This document shows positions 51,250-61,666 of a stretch of 64,000 bases of DNA, piece by piece (the stretch's first letter is position 1; each line of letters starts with the position of its first letter). Source of the DNA: Vicugna vicugna. Taxonomy: Eukaryota. A model generated the notes under the pieces. The model did not search any database. It was not told where the DNA came from and saw only the letters and a list, made by a program, of their open reading frames with translations. Location: assembly GCA_013265495.1 (NCBI GenBank), contig MU057640.1, forward strand, positions 62,001-126,000, given 5' to 3'. Position numbers and translations under genes: made by a program.

Positions 51250-52612
51250 GCAGTCCTTATGGCTTATGTATTTTGTCTGGTTTAGGCCAGGGCGAGGGGT
51301 GGAGGTCAAAGGAGCAAAGGGTTGTGTTCCCAACCAGTACGCTTTTCACTAATCCCAAAGGTCCCAAGGAGCATGTCCAGGCATAGAGCGCTGAGAAGGG
51401 GTGATTGAAAAAGTGAAGAAAACCATTCCTAGAGAAGCACTGTCCTGCAGTCAGACAAAAGAAGTCAAGGAAATGTCATCCCCTGTCCCCCTCCTCCTCC
51501 CTCAGCCCCTTACAAACCTCTGGCAACAGAGAGGCAGAATATCTGAACAGGAGCCTGTATTCAAAGCACATTTACTAGAATATAAAACACAGCGGGAAGC
51601 AAAATGATCTCCCATTGTTTTTCAGGCCATTCACCTGCCTCCTCTCTCAGTGCTGGCCCATCTTACAGCTCAAGGACAGGGTGGCCTGTGCTTGGGCTGG
51701 GGATGAGGAGCAGGCCGTGCTGCCAGAATTCCCAGGAGGGCACCCCAGTAGCTGCCCAGCAGAGCTATATTTTAGGGGTAAAGCTGAGCTTCCATTTTAA
51801 GTAAGAATAAATATTATAAATATATATCAAAAAAAGCCAAAATCTTTATTTTTATGCATTTAGAATATTTTAAATAGTTCTCAACATTAAAAAGTTGTAT
51901 GAGTTGTAAGTAATCTTGCCAAAGGTAAAAAGGCTAGCTGTAAGAAATTGTACATAAGATTGATTTATCATTGATGCCTATTGAAGTAAAAAGAGGAGGG
52001 GCTGGAAGTTGCAGGCGGGATCCCTAGCTTACTTGGTATCATTCACTGTAAGTAGCACATTGCAACAACAATCATGCTTATGACCAACAGTCACTAGGTT
52101 GTAGTTTTAAATAAAGAGCGAGCAGTATTGTCCTGGTTTTAAACCTATAATGAAATTCTAATGTCATTATTTTAATGGACTCAATCTAAATATGCTCTGT
52201 AGAGAATATTTTCTTTTATATATTGCTACAGTTTCCTTATGTTAATCCTTTAACACTAAGGTGACAGTGACATAATCACATCTGTAGACGGGAATGCAGG
52301 TTATTACCGTGTTGGTTTGTCATGTAGGTCTTGGGTTTTGTTTTGTCCTTAAGTTTTGTTCCCACGAGTTTCGTGGGGATGGAGATTCTGGTTTTATTAG
52401 CGCTGTGTGTTCCTGTTCGTCCCTCTCCGTGGTGAGCAGAACATCCCATTGCCAGCTGCAGCCACTTGACCTCTCGTAACAACATGAGATCGCATCTCAT
52501 TTTTACTTTTGAACGTTGGCCTTACAATCAAATGTAAGTTATATATATTTGTACTGATGAGAATTTATAATCTGCTTTAACAAAAATAAATGTTCGTGGT
52601 AGAAGCTTTTGG
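51250..52612 (+). other. NUMB: NUMB 3'UTR (3' end approximate)
   Basis: AU-rich and repeat-free after the stop. AATAAA at 51806, 52110 and 52585; the last is followed by a GU/U-rich tract. Confidence 0.8.
52585..52590 (+). terminator. NUMB: Probable distal NUMB polyadenylation signal AATAAA
   Basis: Upstream TGTA elements (52532, 52550) and downstream tgttctttccccttttcttt. Confidence 0.75.
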
Positions 52613-52640
52613 CCATGAAGGGCTGTTCTTTCCCCTTTTC

Positions 52641-52646
52641 TTTATT
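52641..52646 (-). terminator. PAPLN: Candidate PAPLN polyadenylation signal (AATAAA on - strand)
   Basis: First canonical minus-strand AATAAA I found 3' of the PAPLN stop (~1.9 kb). An ATTAAA alternative lies at 53731-53736. Confidence 0.4.
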
Positions 52647-52824
52647 AGCCAGTGAGTTGGGGTTTTTTTTGGCCGTGTTCTCTCTCCACCCACTGCTGCT
52701 GCAGCTAGTAGTCTGATGGCTAGAGAATCTTTTACTAGGACTAGTATGTTCTTAAAATTCATATTTGTATTTATACTTTAGGCTTTGGTTGTTCTGAAGC
52801 ACATCTCTCCTGTCAGATTCTTGC

Positions 52825-53132
52825 TGTTCAAAGTGTGGTCTGGAACAGCAGGGTGGACTTCACCTGGCAGGTGGTTAGAGGGACAGACCCTCAGCCCCAC
52901 CCCAGACCAGGTTGTCAGAATCTGCATTTGAACAAGATCCACATTCTGAGGAGTCTGGGGTGAGCAGTGACTTTTCAACTTTGGATTCACGTTAGAATCA
53001 TCTGGGAGCTTTTAAAATCAACGTGCCTGGCCTGTACTCCAGACCAATTAAAGCAAAACCTCAGGGGAGTAGAGCTCCAGGTGCGGGTTTTTTTTAAAAG
53101 CCCCCAGTATGGAAGAGGGTTGAAAACCACTG
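52825..53132. mobile_element. Two adjacent MER5-like (hAT-Charlie) elements
   Basis: tcaaagtgtggtc...ccccaccccagacc...gaatctgcatttgaacaagatcc and ttagaatcatctgggagcttttaaaa...ggttgaaaaccactg. Confidence 0.7.
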
Positions 53133-54550
53133 GTCTAGATTTTTACTCTCACCTGTAACTTCAACCCACTATTCTATGCCTACTTCTAAGAAGAGCTAAC
53201 TTCAAACTTACCTTCTGAGGTGTGTCATCAATTAGCCAAATACTACTTTAACTAGAGAATGGGGGACTATAACAAAGTGGCCTCTACTTTCCAACTTCTA
53301 TAGCAAAACCAGCCATGGGGAATGAAAGGGGATGGAAAGAAAAGAAGACCTCTGCCCCTGGCCCATGTTTTGTGGAATGAGAGGCAGACCACGAAATGTC
53401 ACTCACCCATGATGCAGCTTGTCTCTTTCCCAGCCAGTGTGTTGGTAATAAAAGTCACCTTCTTCTGTAATGCCTGTCTTTCCTGTGTCCCAGAATCCCC
53501 TGTTACTAGGCCCAGCCAGTCCTCTGGAGGGTTTCTAGAAGATCAGAATGAAAAGGAACTCGGAAGCTCACTGAAACCAGGCCTCTTGTTTTAGCAGCAA
53601 GGAACGAAGAGGCTCTGAGAGATGGAGAATGACTACTTCCAACTCAAACCATTTCTGAATCCACTTCCCTCTTACCACATTGCTCTCCCCTCCATTCGTT
53701 CCCTCCCCCTGAGCCCCTGCTGGTGCTGCTTTTAATATCTAGTTTTTATCTGGCAGCAAATACTTTGCTTCACAGATTCCTGCTTGAGGCAGAGCGGCTC
53801 CTCCTCGCTGGCCACTGTGCAGAGCAGGCCCATCATTCAGCTCCATGCAGGTGGGAGGCAGTCCTCAGGAGGAGGGCGCCACCTCCCGCTGAAAGGAGGG
53901 AGCGTCTCTAGTTCTTCCATGCTCAGATACCAATGCATCCCATATCCCTTTACTGAGCCTTATATTACATTCCACTTTGCTGAGAGCTGTCACGAACGTC
54001 ACGTTGTTAACTGCACACACAGATGGGATTTGAAGCTGGTTGCTAGACTGCCTGGAAGGGTGAGAGAGACTCGAATAATGGGCCATTGTTTGGACCCCAG
54101 TTGAGATCTAGTTCGAGCAAAAAATGCTTCCCTGACACAAAAGGAGTTAGTGTTCCTGTTAAGAGATAGGTATAAACTCTGAAATCGTTACACACCTCCC
54201 CACCCAGCTTTAAGTGAAGTGAGAACCCTAGTAACATGCTTTAAAACACAGTGAACGGATCTTGTATAACAAATTATAAAGGGAAGTTGTAAAGTAAAGG
54301 GTGTCCTTATTCAAATAGATCCTTGACAACTCCGCAGCCACCTGTGGTTCTGTCAGAGATGCAAACACAGCTGGGACCACAGAGAGGCAGGTGCCGACCG
54401 CTGCTGAGGCTGAACAGCTGGGGCAGCTTTGCACAGACCAGTGTCTCCAGAGGGTAACTCTCTTTGCCAGCCAGGGAGGGGAGACCGAGAGCCTGTCTTC
54501 CCTTCTCCCCAGCTCTGTGAGCGTTTCTGAACTGGGGCTGGAGCTAGCCT

Positions 54551-54726
54551 TCATCCTTGCTGCCAGGTGGGCTGAGCGTGAGGCTGGACCCGGGAACAGC
54601 TGGCACAGCAGAAGCTGGAGTAGTACTCGTTGCCGCAGAGCTGGGCCTGCAGGATCAGGTCACAGTTGGCCAGCTCCGGCTGGTCGACGCACTCCCTGCT
54701 GGGGTCCCTCTGCTGGGCGGCCCGCG
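54551..54726 (-). CDS. PAPLN: PAPLN last coding exon, PLAC domain (ARAAQQRDPSRECVDQPELANCDLILQAQLCGNEYYSSFCCASCSRVQPHAQPTWQQG*)
   Basis: Acceptor caccttgcag; six-Cys PLAC pattern; TGA at 54553-54551. Confidence 0.96.
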
Positions 54727-56246
54727 CTGCAAGGTGACCGGGGAGAGAGGTAAGAAAGCTCTGAGTATGCTGAAAACTCACCTGCCACTTCATTTCGTTT
54801 TCCTAACAGGAAAGCAGCACTTGACGTACCAGATTCCCCAAAGAGTGCAGTTGCCCTGTAACCTTTTAACTGCAGGAGGGGTCGCGTTCCAGCCTCCTCC
54901 CCCCTCACGCCAGCAAGCAGCGGTCCTCCCATGATTCTTTTGCAGCTCCCGCCCAGCGCACAGTGCATCGCAGACCCCAGCGGTGACTGACTGGGTGATT
55001 AAACGTCCCTGGAAGTTAACTCCCTACCCTGACTGTTGAGGCCTGAAGAGCTGAACGACAGCAGCCGCGGCCTCTGGATCGGGAAGCGAGGGTAGGATCA
55101 GCCCTGAGCACGACTCTGAGTCGGCCAGAGCTGCCTGTCGTCTCTCTCACGGCTGGTTTCGGCCAGCCTCAAAAGTTTTGTGCCTTCAATAGCCCCAACT
55201 TGTCTCAGTCACTTAGTTCCCCATCCTTCCAATTTTTCCACTTCCCTCAGCAAAGCAGTACCAGGCAAGGGGACAGGAGGACAGGCTGGGACTGGTGCTA
55301 ATGCTATGTTGAAGACAAAGCGCTGGCTGCCTCCCCCTGTGAATTGACTCAGAGCTTCTGTATCTTCTAAATCCCTATGAGAGCTGCGTTCTGCTGCTTT
55401 GTCCCAGCACTGAAGTGGCCTGTCTAGTAAACCTCCTTTTTCTTTCAGAAAGGGGCGCTTATAACTCGGCTTGGGCCTGAGCAGCACCTCCCTAAAGTCA
55501 GACCTCATGGGGCTGGGGAAGGCCTACTCCTTCCCCTCGCCCCTGCTTCCTCCCAAAACACAACTAAGAGACCATACCAACCAGTACAATCAGAGTAAGA
55601 ACTACCCACATTTACATAAAGAGCAAGCCATTTATGCTTATTTTTAAAAATTGTAACTTTGGTGTCCACTTTATCTCAGGCCCTGCAGCCCCTGGGCCCG
55701 TCGTGGCGGGAGGGGCAGGTGCTGGGCAGGGGGAAGCACGCCCGCCCTGAGCCCGCGCCTGGCACCAGCCCTGCTCTCCCACTTCCGGCTGGGGACTCTG
55801 GGCAAGTCATCACCTAAGCTCCCTGTGCCTCCGGTTCCTCATCTGAAATGAGGATAATAACAGCACCTGGGATGCAGTGACCATGGCTAAAATCTTGGCA
55901 CCTTACTATGTTTGGCCCAATAGCCTCATTCCCACTCATTTGAAAACGTAAGTGATCCCCTATGTCTTAACCCTACAATATTTTCTCACCTCAGACTTTA
56001 AGGCAAAAAGCTTGAGGGGTCCTCAGAGGAGAAATATGTCCCTTACACCAGTGTGACGAGATCAAGCCCCCCCCCTACCCTGATGCCAACACAGCAATTC
56101 CAACATGCCGCCAAACTATGAATAGAGCACCGGGAGGCAGCCTCAGGCAGTGAGCTGCTTACAAAACGCTTAAATGGGTGAGAGCAGATATCTGTGACCT
56201 AATTAATAAAACAAAGGCGCCCCACCCCGACAAAAGCAACACTCAT

Positions 56247-56260
56247 CCAGCAGGGGGCAG
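56247..56260 (+). promoter_or_regulatory. Candidate CTCF core motif
   Basis: CCAGCAGGGGGCAG matches CCASYAGRKGGCRS. Confidence 0.45.
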
Positions 56261-57045
56261 GAGAAAAGGCCAGACTGAGGCCAAAAGTGTCCTGTCCAGG
56301 AAGCAGGTCACATCATGCCACTTCAGCTTGGTGACCACATGTCATCAGGAGCCCCACCAAACTTCAGCATCAACCAAGTTTCTAATGATTTGGCTTCCCA
56401 TGTAGACATGTCTGTAGCTAATCACAAACATGCCCGTCTGGGTCCTCCTAACAGCTGTGTCTCTCACATAAATCTGTACCCTGGCTTGTCTCAAGTCTTG
56501 TAAATTTCGTTAGTGTGAAGACGTGGACAAGAGATCTATTTGCTGGGCACGGTAGAAGTGAAACGTGGCCCCTGCAGTATGGTGCTCTCACCAAGGTAAT
56601 GCCCCCACGCACACATGTGCTCGGTCACTGAGTACTGGAGCACCTGGTGATGCTGAGCACTGGGCTGGGCCCTGGAGCATGTGTCCCAGTCGCTGTCTCA
56701 AGGAGCTCGAAGACTGGAAGCCTACTGTCAGTCCAACTCACCGAACAACATTTCTACCAGACCTCAACCACCAGCGCTGGCCAGGTCCACCCTCAAGCTG
56801 GCCGGCATGTAACAGTGGTCATGACCATCCAGGCTGACCAGCACAGGAAGGCCCTGGCAGTGCTCTCCCAGGGCTGTTCCAGGCCCCATGGGAACTAGCT
56901 TGCCCTAACTCACACTACCAATAGCTGGCAGAGTGAGGCAGATTTGGACTAGAGTCCCTTGGATTGCACAGCCTGCACCTTCCGCGTTCTGCACCACACA
57001 GCCAGCTCTGGAGAACGAGCAGATGCCTGGGTAGGCCTTCCTTAC

Positions 57046-57212
57046 CCGGTGGGACCACCTTCACCTCAGTGACGCGGCTGACTGCCTGGCTTCCACGGTA
57101 GGCGCTGCACGTGTAGGAGCCCTCGTCCCTGGCCCGCAGGTTGTGTATCAGCAGCGTGCCGTCCGGGGACTGGTGGACACGGTGGCCATCAGCCCGCACC
57201 GGCAGCCCGTTC
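57046..57212 (-). CDS. PAPLN: PAPLN exon, Ig-like 3 C-half (NGLPVRADGHRVHQSPDGTLLIHNLRARDEGSYTCSAY...VKVVPP), 167 nt
   Basis: Acceptor ctgctccag, donor gtaagg; DxGxYxC Ig motif; phase 2/1. Confidence 0.96.
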
Positions 57213-57559
57213 CTGGAGCAGAGAGAGCGCTAGGAGAGCTGTCCAGGGTCTCATCTTCAGGCCCTAGGAGGCCACGCCGGCCCTCCCAGAGCCAGAAGGA
57301 GAAGGTAATCCAAGACCATTCCAGAGCCAACAAGTCCCCTTTGTGGCCCCTCACCTTAAGGAAGAGATGGGTCTGGGTACCAAAATGATAGAACATCATC
57401 AAAGCAAAATGATTCAGAAGTGAGGTGAACTCACACCAACTTAGCTCAGTGACTGTAACTTTGCCCCTTGTCCACACAGGAGTCCCACTCTCACTCTTCA
57501 TCGACAAAGGCCTTTTATGCAGCGGTGAGGTGCCAGGCCCTGCGCTGAATGAAGGACAT

Positions 57560-58420
57560 GAGCGCCCCCTGCCTCCAGGGAGGTGTGGGGAGGTTGACAG
57601 CTGGCCAAGGCCTGACCTGAGGGTCAGCTGGCTGATGGGGAGGACAGCGGGGCTCAGGCGCTTGAAGGAAGGCCACAGCCCGAGCAAGGACAGTGGGCTG
57701 CATCCTGGGTTAACAGAGGGGTGTGAGCTAAGCAGGACTGACCATGGTATTTGCACTTCAAAAGGATCATTGACTGCAGTGCAGGGAGGGGGACAAGTCT
57801 GAAAGCGGAGACCAGGTGAGTGGCTGCTGCAGAAGTGCACCCAGGTGGGTAACAGCAGTAAAATAAAGGGACTCAGGGGAGAGTCAGAGGTGGGAGGTGG
57901 GGGAGAAGAAATAACGGGGAACAGGTTTCTAGCCTGGGTCACTGGGCAATGGTGGTGCCCCCACACTGGGGAGATGAGGGGTGAATGGGGAGGTTATTTT
58001 CTACCACTTTGCATTTTGGGTACCTGTGAGATACCAAGAGGTGTCAGATTTGAGGTGTGGACCCAGGCAGTGTCTCAGCACTGATGGTCCTGGAAACTGC
58101 ATGTCTACTAGGCTGCCCAAGGTGAAGTTAGAGGCACACCGAGGACCAAGGACAGGCCTTGAGGTATACCAGCCTCTCAGGGATGGGACGAGATGAGCTG
58201 GCCAGGAAAACAGAAGCAGCAGCCAGAGAAGCAGGAAGGAGACTGCAGGTCATGTGGGACGAGTGTGTCCAAGGTCTAGGGAACAGGGAGCTAGTTGGTG
58301 GCCCTGGCCAGCGTGGTGTCCCTGGGGCGGGGGTGGATATGAGGCCCCAGGGCAAGGGCTAAGCCTCTAGTAGGGAGGTGAGCAGGTGGAAACAACCAAT
58401 ATGAACAACCATGCTGTGAA
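57560..58420 (-). mobile_element. Degenerate LINE-2 in a PAPLN intron
   Basis: aaaggatcattgactgcagtg...aggtttctagcctgggtcactgggcaatggtggtgcc...ttttgggtacctgtgagatacca are L2-like reverse-strand motifs. Confidence 0.55.
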
Positions 58421-59023
58421 GGGGACACGTAGTACACGGCCTGGCTCTGCAGGGAAAGACCAGGTCAGAGGAGGGTGTTTTCATGTTTGTTTTGTTTGGA
58501 AGAGCGGTATCCTGAGCCTTTACTGCTTGGAAGAGGCAGGCCTGATAGGACAGTCAGAGCCATGGCCAGGGCAGGGTGGGCGGGCTGGGACACCCACTGA
58601 GGAGCCCGGGGAGGCCCCACACAGAGGCAGCCGACCCCGCCACCCAGTCACCGCTCTTTCCAGCAGGCAGGCCAGTCCCCATCCTGAGCATCTCTCCAGC
58701 ACTCACCCTTGAGGCTTGACCAAGGACCTCCTTCCCCTCCCTCAGCTTCAAGGCCGCCCCTTCGTTGATTCTCCCAGACAGGAGCAGGCTCACCCCTCTG
58801 TGCACAGGTGCCCTAAGGGCAGACCTCTGGAGCCTAGACAGACACTGGGTCATCTCCTGCCTGGGGGATTCTGGGGGGCTCAGATCACCCCAGGACCCCA
58901 GAGCCTAGCCTAATCCTGACACGCTGCAAGGAGGAAGGGGACAAAAAAACATTTGCTGCATAAATAAAAGACCAGCAGGTTTGGGGTAAAAGACCACTAA
59001 AGTCCCCAAAGCTGAGTGTTGCC

Positions 59024-59219
59024 CAGTGGTTCTCAAACCCAGCAGAGATTTTTGTCACCCAGGGGACATTTGGCAACATCTGAAGACATTTTTTAATTGC
59101 TATGACTTGGGTGGGGGTGCTACTGGCACCTGGTGGGTAGATGGCCTGGATGCTGCTACACATTCTGTAATTCACCTCAACAACCCAAACATCAGTAGTA
59201 CCAAGGGAGGGAAACCCTG
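59024..59219 (+). mobile_element. MER20 (hAT-Charlie) with 8-bp TSD
   Basis: cagtggttctcaa...caggggacatttggcaacatctgaagacatttt...gaaaccctg; TSD gtgt(t/a)gcc at 59016-59023 and 59220-59227. Confidence 0.88.
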
Positions 59220-59446
59220 GTGTAGCCCAACCAACAGAAAAGAGAGCAGTCCTCTGGGGCCTCACTGTGCAGGGATGAGGGTGCTGCCACCCTCCACAGA
59301 ACCAGGCCTGGAGGTAGGAGTAGAAGGATGAGGGGGGTGCGGTGGTGACAGCACCATCCTGCAGAAAGGTGGACCACCTCTATTCGGGCTGTACAACCTC
59401 AGATGTGAGGGTCTGAGAGCCAGGGCCGCCTAGAACAGAGCCTCAC

Positions 59447-59555
59447 CTGGACCATCTGATGTTCACACTTTCTCCTGTGACCACACACAGCAGCCTGGCC
59501 GTGTCACCTTCTGGCACCGTCATAGTAGAGGGCAGCCCTGTGATTGTCAGCTCCC
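59447..59555 (-). CDS. PAPLN: PAPLN exon, Ig-like 3 N-half (GELTITGLPSTMTVPEGDTARLLCVVTGESVNIRWSR), 109 nt
   Basis: Acceptor ttgggcgcag, donor gtgagg; phase 1/2. Confidence 0.95.
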
Positions 59556-59636
59556 CTGCGCCCAAGGAGGAGGCACGGTCAGCCACTACACCAATCCTGC
59601 CCCACCTGACCCTTCCACTCGGGACTGACCCCTTAC

Positions 59637-59764
59637 CCAGAACCCTGAGCTGGACCCAACGCTCGTCTCGGTCCTGCCCGTTGAAAGCAACACAAGTGTA
59701 GAAGCCGCCATCTTCCACAGCCACGCGGCTGATGACCAGAGAGCCATCGGGCTGCAGCTGGTGT
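59637..59764 (-). CDS. PAPLN: PAPLN exon, Ig-like 2 C-half (HQLQPDGSLVISRVAVEDGGFYTCVAFNGQDRDERWVQLRVL), 128 nt
   Basis: Acceptor ggctcctag, donor gtaagg; phase 2/1. Confidence 0.96.
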
Positions 59765-60473
59765 CTAGGAGCCAAGCACAGTCAGGGGGCGCCATCCCCA
59801 GATACCCAGCAAGGGGCGGTGGGGGAGGGGGCAAGGTCTTCCCTTCCCTGGTGAGAGGACCCTGCTGGCCGGTGGGGTCTGACCAAGGGCCAGTCAGCCT
59901 TAGGCCTGAAGGTCCCCCAGCCGCTGGCACTCTCGTTTACTTAAAGATGCCTGATTTTAAGCCTGGCAATGAACAAATCATTTCAAATTTTCTGATACAA
60001 AATAATTCTGGTCTGGGGTTTTTGCTATAAGTGTTAGTAGGCTCAAATCCTGGTTCTGCCACTTAGGAGCTGTGTGGTGTTGAACTGTGTGTCAAATGGG
60101 GATAAAACAGCAACGTGGCTCGTCTGCAGATCAGACAGAGGAGAGCAAGCCTGACCCTCAGCATGGGCTCAATAAATGTTAGCTTTGATGATTACAGCCA
60201 GAAGTGTGTCCGCCTCCATTTCTTCCCTCAGCCATCACCTCTGCTAGCTCGTCTCCTACCGCTGTCCACTACCCACACTCTGGAAAGGCCCAGACACCCA
60301 AACACGGTCTGCCCAAGGAGCCCTACGTCCAGCAGCCCCAGCTCTCGAGAGGCCCTGGAGTCTTGATCAGGACTGGCCAGAGGTGACGCCCGCAGCTCCC
60401 TGCCCCAGTGGGCTGCACAGGTGGGTGGGGGCTGGAGGCAGGACAGGAGGGAGGGGAGAGGAGCTGAACCAAC

Positions 60474-60611
60474 CTGGGAGAAGAGAGTGGCTGCCCGTCT
60501 CTCTGCCACTCAATGGCTGGGGGTGGGAAGCCCTCAGCGTGACAGGTCAGCCGGATCCTCTGGCCTGGATGGGCGACCACCACCCTAGGCTGGCTCTGGT
60601 CCAGACGCAGC
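60474..60611 (-). CDS. PAPLN: PAPLN exon, Ig-like 2 N-half (LRLDQSQPRVVVAHPGQRIRLTCHAEGFPPPAIEWQRDGQPLSSPR), 138 nt
   Basis: Acceptor ttgttctgcag, donor gttggt; phase 2/2. Confidence 0.96.
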
Positions 60612-60813
60612 CTGCAGAACAAGCAGCCATGAGGGGGTCCTTGTTTTCCTAGTCCTCATGTCACAGGGCCCTGAGCAGGGGCCAGAGAGCCTGGTCAAGC
60701 ACACAGTGGCCTGGGGACCTTCCAATTTCCCCTCCTTTCACCCACTGAGACCTCCCCCAACCCTGGCCCTCAGCTGGGGAGGCCGAGGGCAGGACAGCAT
60801 TGCACACTGTTAC

Positions 60814-60967
60814 CTGGTCGTGGGCCATGGGTGTGAGGAGGAGGTGGCCCCAAGGCCCCCAGCATCCCCACCTCGGCTGGGGTCCCGAGGACTGTAGCCC
60901 TGGGCTGGGTCCCTGGTCTGAGGGAAGTGCCTTGACTCAGCCTCAGATAGCACGGCCACATCACCCC
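60814..60967 (-). CDS. PAPLN: PAPLN linker exon (GGDVAVLSEAESRHFPQTRDPAQ...SSSHPWPTTR), 154 nt
   Basis: Acceptor ctcatgacag, donor gtaaca; phase 1/2 fits both neighbours. Confidence 0.9.
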
Positions 60968-61257
60968 CTGTCATGAGACCAGGAGAAGCAAGGGGTGAGT
61001 TGTGGGGAGAAGGGGACACAAGGAAGGCTGGGCCATGAGGCCAGCAGGGGACATATGGAGAAATGAGGGCCACAAGAGGCAAGACCTCTGCCCCAGCCTA
61101 ACTGGAGCATGTGGTCCCTGCCATCAGGATGCTTTGGCCCAAGGAAGCACCCTAGCCCTCCAGTGTGGGGGCACACTGGCCCAGGCCCTCCCGGTAAGCC
61201 CTCCTACCCTGCAGCCCACAAGAACCCACTGGGGTGGGGCGGGGTGGGGACAGAGAC

Positions 61258-61382
61258 CTGTGATACGAAGCTGGATCTTCTGAGAGTCGTGGTCTGGCCT
61301 GGTGCTGCCACAGCTGTAGGTGCCAGCATCCTCTGCCTGCAGGGGACTGATGACCAGGGAGCCATCAGGCTGCAGCTTGTGC
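61258..61382 (-). CDS. PAPLN: PAPLN exon, Ig-like 1 C-half (HKLQPDGSLVISPLQAEDAGTYSCGSTRPDHDSQKIQLRIT), 125 nt
   Basis: Acceptor ccttcatttag, weak donor gtctct; phase 2/1. Confidence 0.92.
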
Positions 61383-61528
61383 CTAAATGAAGGAAGCGGG
61401 GCTTGAGCTCTGGGTTCCTGAGGGCCACAGTGCTCTGAGTTTCTACTGGAGGGGACCATTGCCACACACTCACCCTCCCATCCCAGAGAGGTCAGAGGCT
61501 CTGCGCTGGGGGAGCACACTGCACACAC

Positions 61529-61666
61529 CTGTCAGAGGAGATGGGCTGCCCATTCTTCTGCCATCCGGCATGAGGGTCCAAGGAGGTGTCATTTGGGCAG
61601 AAGAGCCGCACCAACTGCCCTAGGGCTGCCTGCACCAGAGAGGGCTCCAAGCCCGATAGGGTAATC
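61529..61666 (-). CDS. PAPLN: PAPLN exon, Ig-like 1 N-half (ITLSGLEPSLVQAALGQLVRLFCPNDTSLDPHAGWQKNGQPISSDR), 138 nt
   Basis: Acceptor catcttcccag, donor gtgtgt; translated by hand (not in the ORF track); phase 2/2. Confidence 0.94.

Noticed and set aside
57148..57966. 272-aa ORF on the PAPLN strand
   Set aside because: GTG start, lies over degenerate L2 in a GC-rich intron, low-complexity Pro/Ser/Leu content, and out of frame with the real exon.
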